Assembly (NCBI GenBank): GCA_951406725.2 | Contig: OX597819.1 | Span: forward strand, 41,354,001 to 41,418,000 | Direction of reading: 5' to 3' | Origin: Octopus vulgaris | Lineage: Eukaryota | Length of the DNA: 64,000 nucleotides | Shown here: piece by piece, positions 63,652 to 64,000 of the stretch | How the letters are laid out: each line of letters begins with the position of its first letter | Position numbering within the stretch: position 1 is the stretch's first letter | Made by a program: the position numbers and the translations under genes | Notes under the pieces: model-generated | Told to the model about the DNA's origin: nothing | Databases searched by the model: none | What the model saw: the letters and a program-made list of their open reading frames with translations, nothing else

Positions 63652-64000
63652 ATGTGTGGCTGTGTGGTAAGTAGCTTGCTTACAAATTACATGGTTTCGG
63701 GTTCAGTCCCACTGCGTGGCACCTTGGGCGAGTGTCATCTACTATAGCCTCGAGCTAATCAAAGCCTTGTGAGTAGATTTGGTAGACGGAAACTGAAAGA
63801 AGCCTGTCATATATATGTATGTGTGTGTGTGTTTGTATATATGTTTGTATGTCTTTGTCCCCCCAATATCGCTTGATAACCGATGCTGGTGTGTTTACGT
63901 CCCTGTAACTTAGCAGTTCAGCAAAAGAGACCAATAGAATAAGTACTAGGCTTACAAAGAATAAGTCCGGGGGTTGACTTACACGACTAAAAGCGGAGCT
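63652..64000 (+). mobile_element. SINE family A, nearly full length
   Basis: gtggctgtgtggtaagtagcttgc...gactaaaagcgg, running to the window end. Confidence 0.9.

Overview
AT-rich, repeat-dense animal genomic DNA. The very long (AT)/(TACA) arrays and the SINE and LINE families suggest a coleoid cephalopod such as Octopus (inferred from repeat content, not confirmed by a search). No intact protein-coding ORF is present. Almost all long ORFs in the track are microsatellite artefacts, and the real coding remnants are decayed transposons: three Penelope-like pieces, RTE and CR1-type LINE fragments and a Tc1 transposase. Also present are three tRNA-derived SINE families, hAT- and piggyBac-type MITEs with TSDs, and two non-autonomous Helitrons. 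A CpG-retaining, TE-poor island at about 36.4-42.7 kb carries well-formed minus-strand splice sites (a donor at 40863 and a 53-nt exon at 39721-39669 with a Kozak ATG), suggesting the 5' end of a gene whose very long intron runs leftwards. The most interesting signals are four. (1) Several minimal type I hammerhead-ribozyme motifs in Penelope terminal repeats, one with an apparent compensatory A3-U8 core pair. (2) A set of short foldback elements embedded in microsatellites. (3) A SINE/LINE pair sharing a covarying 3' stem-loop. (4) Inverted SINE clusters able to form long dsRNA. Coordinates of degraded repeats are approximate and were read by eye.
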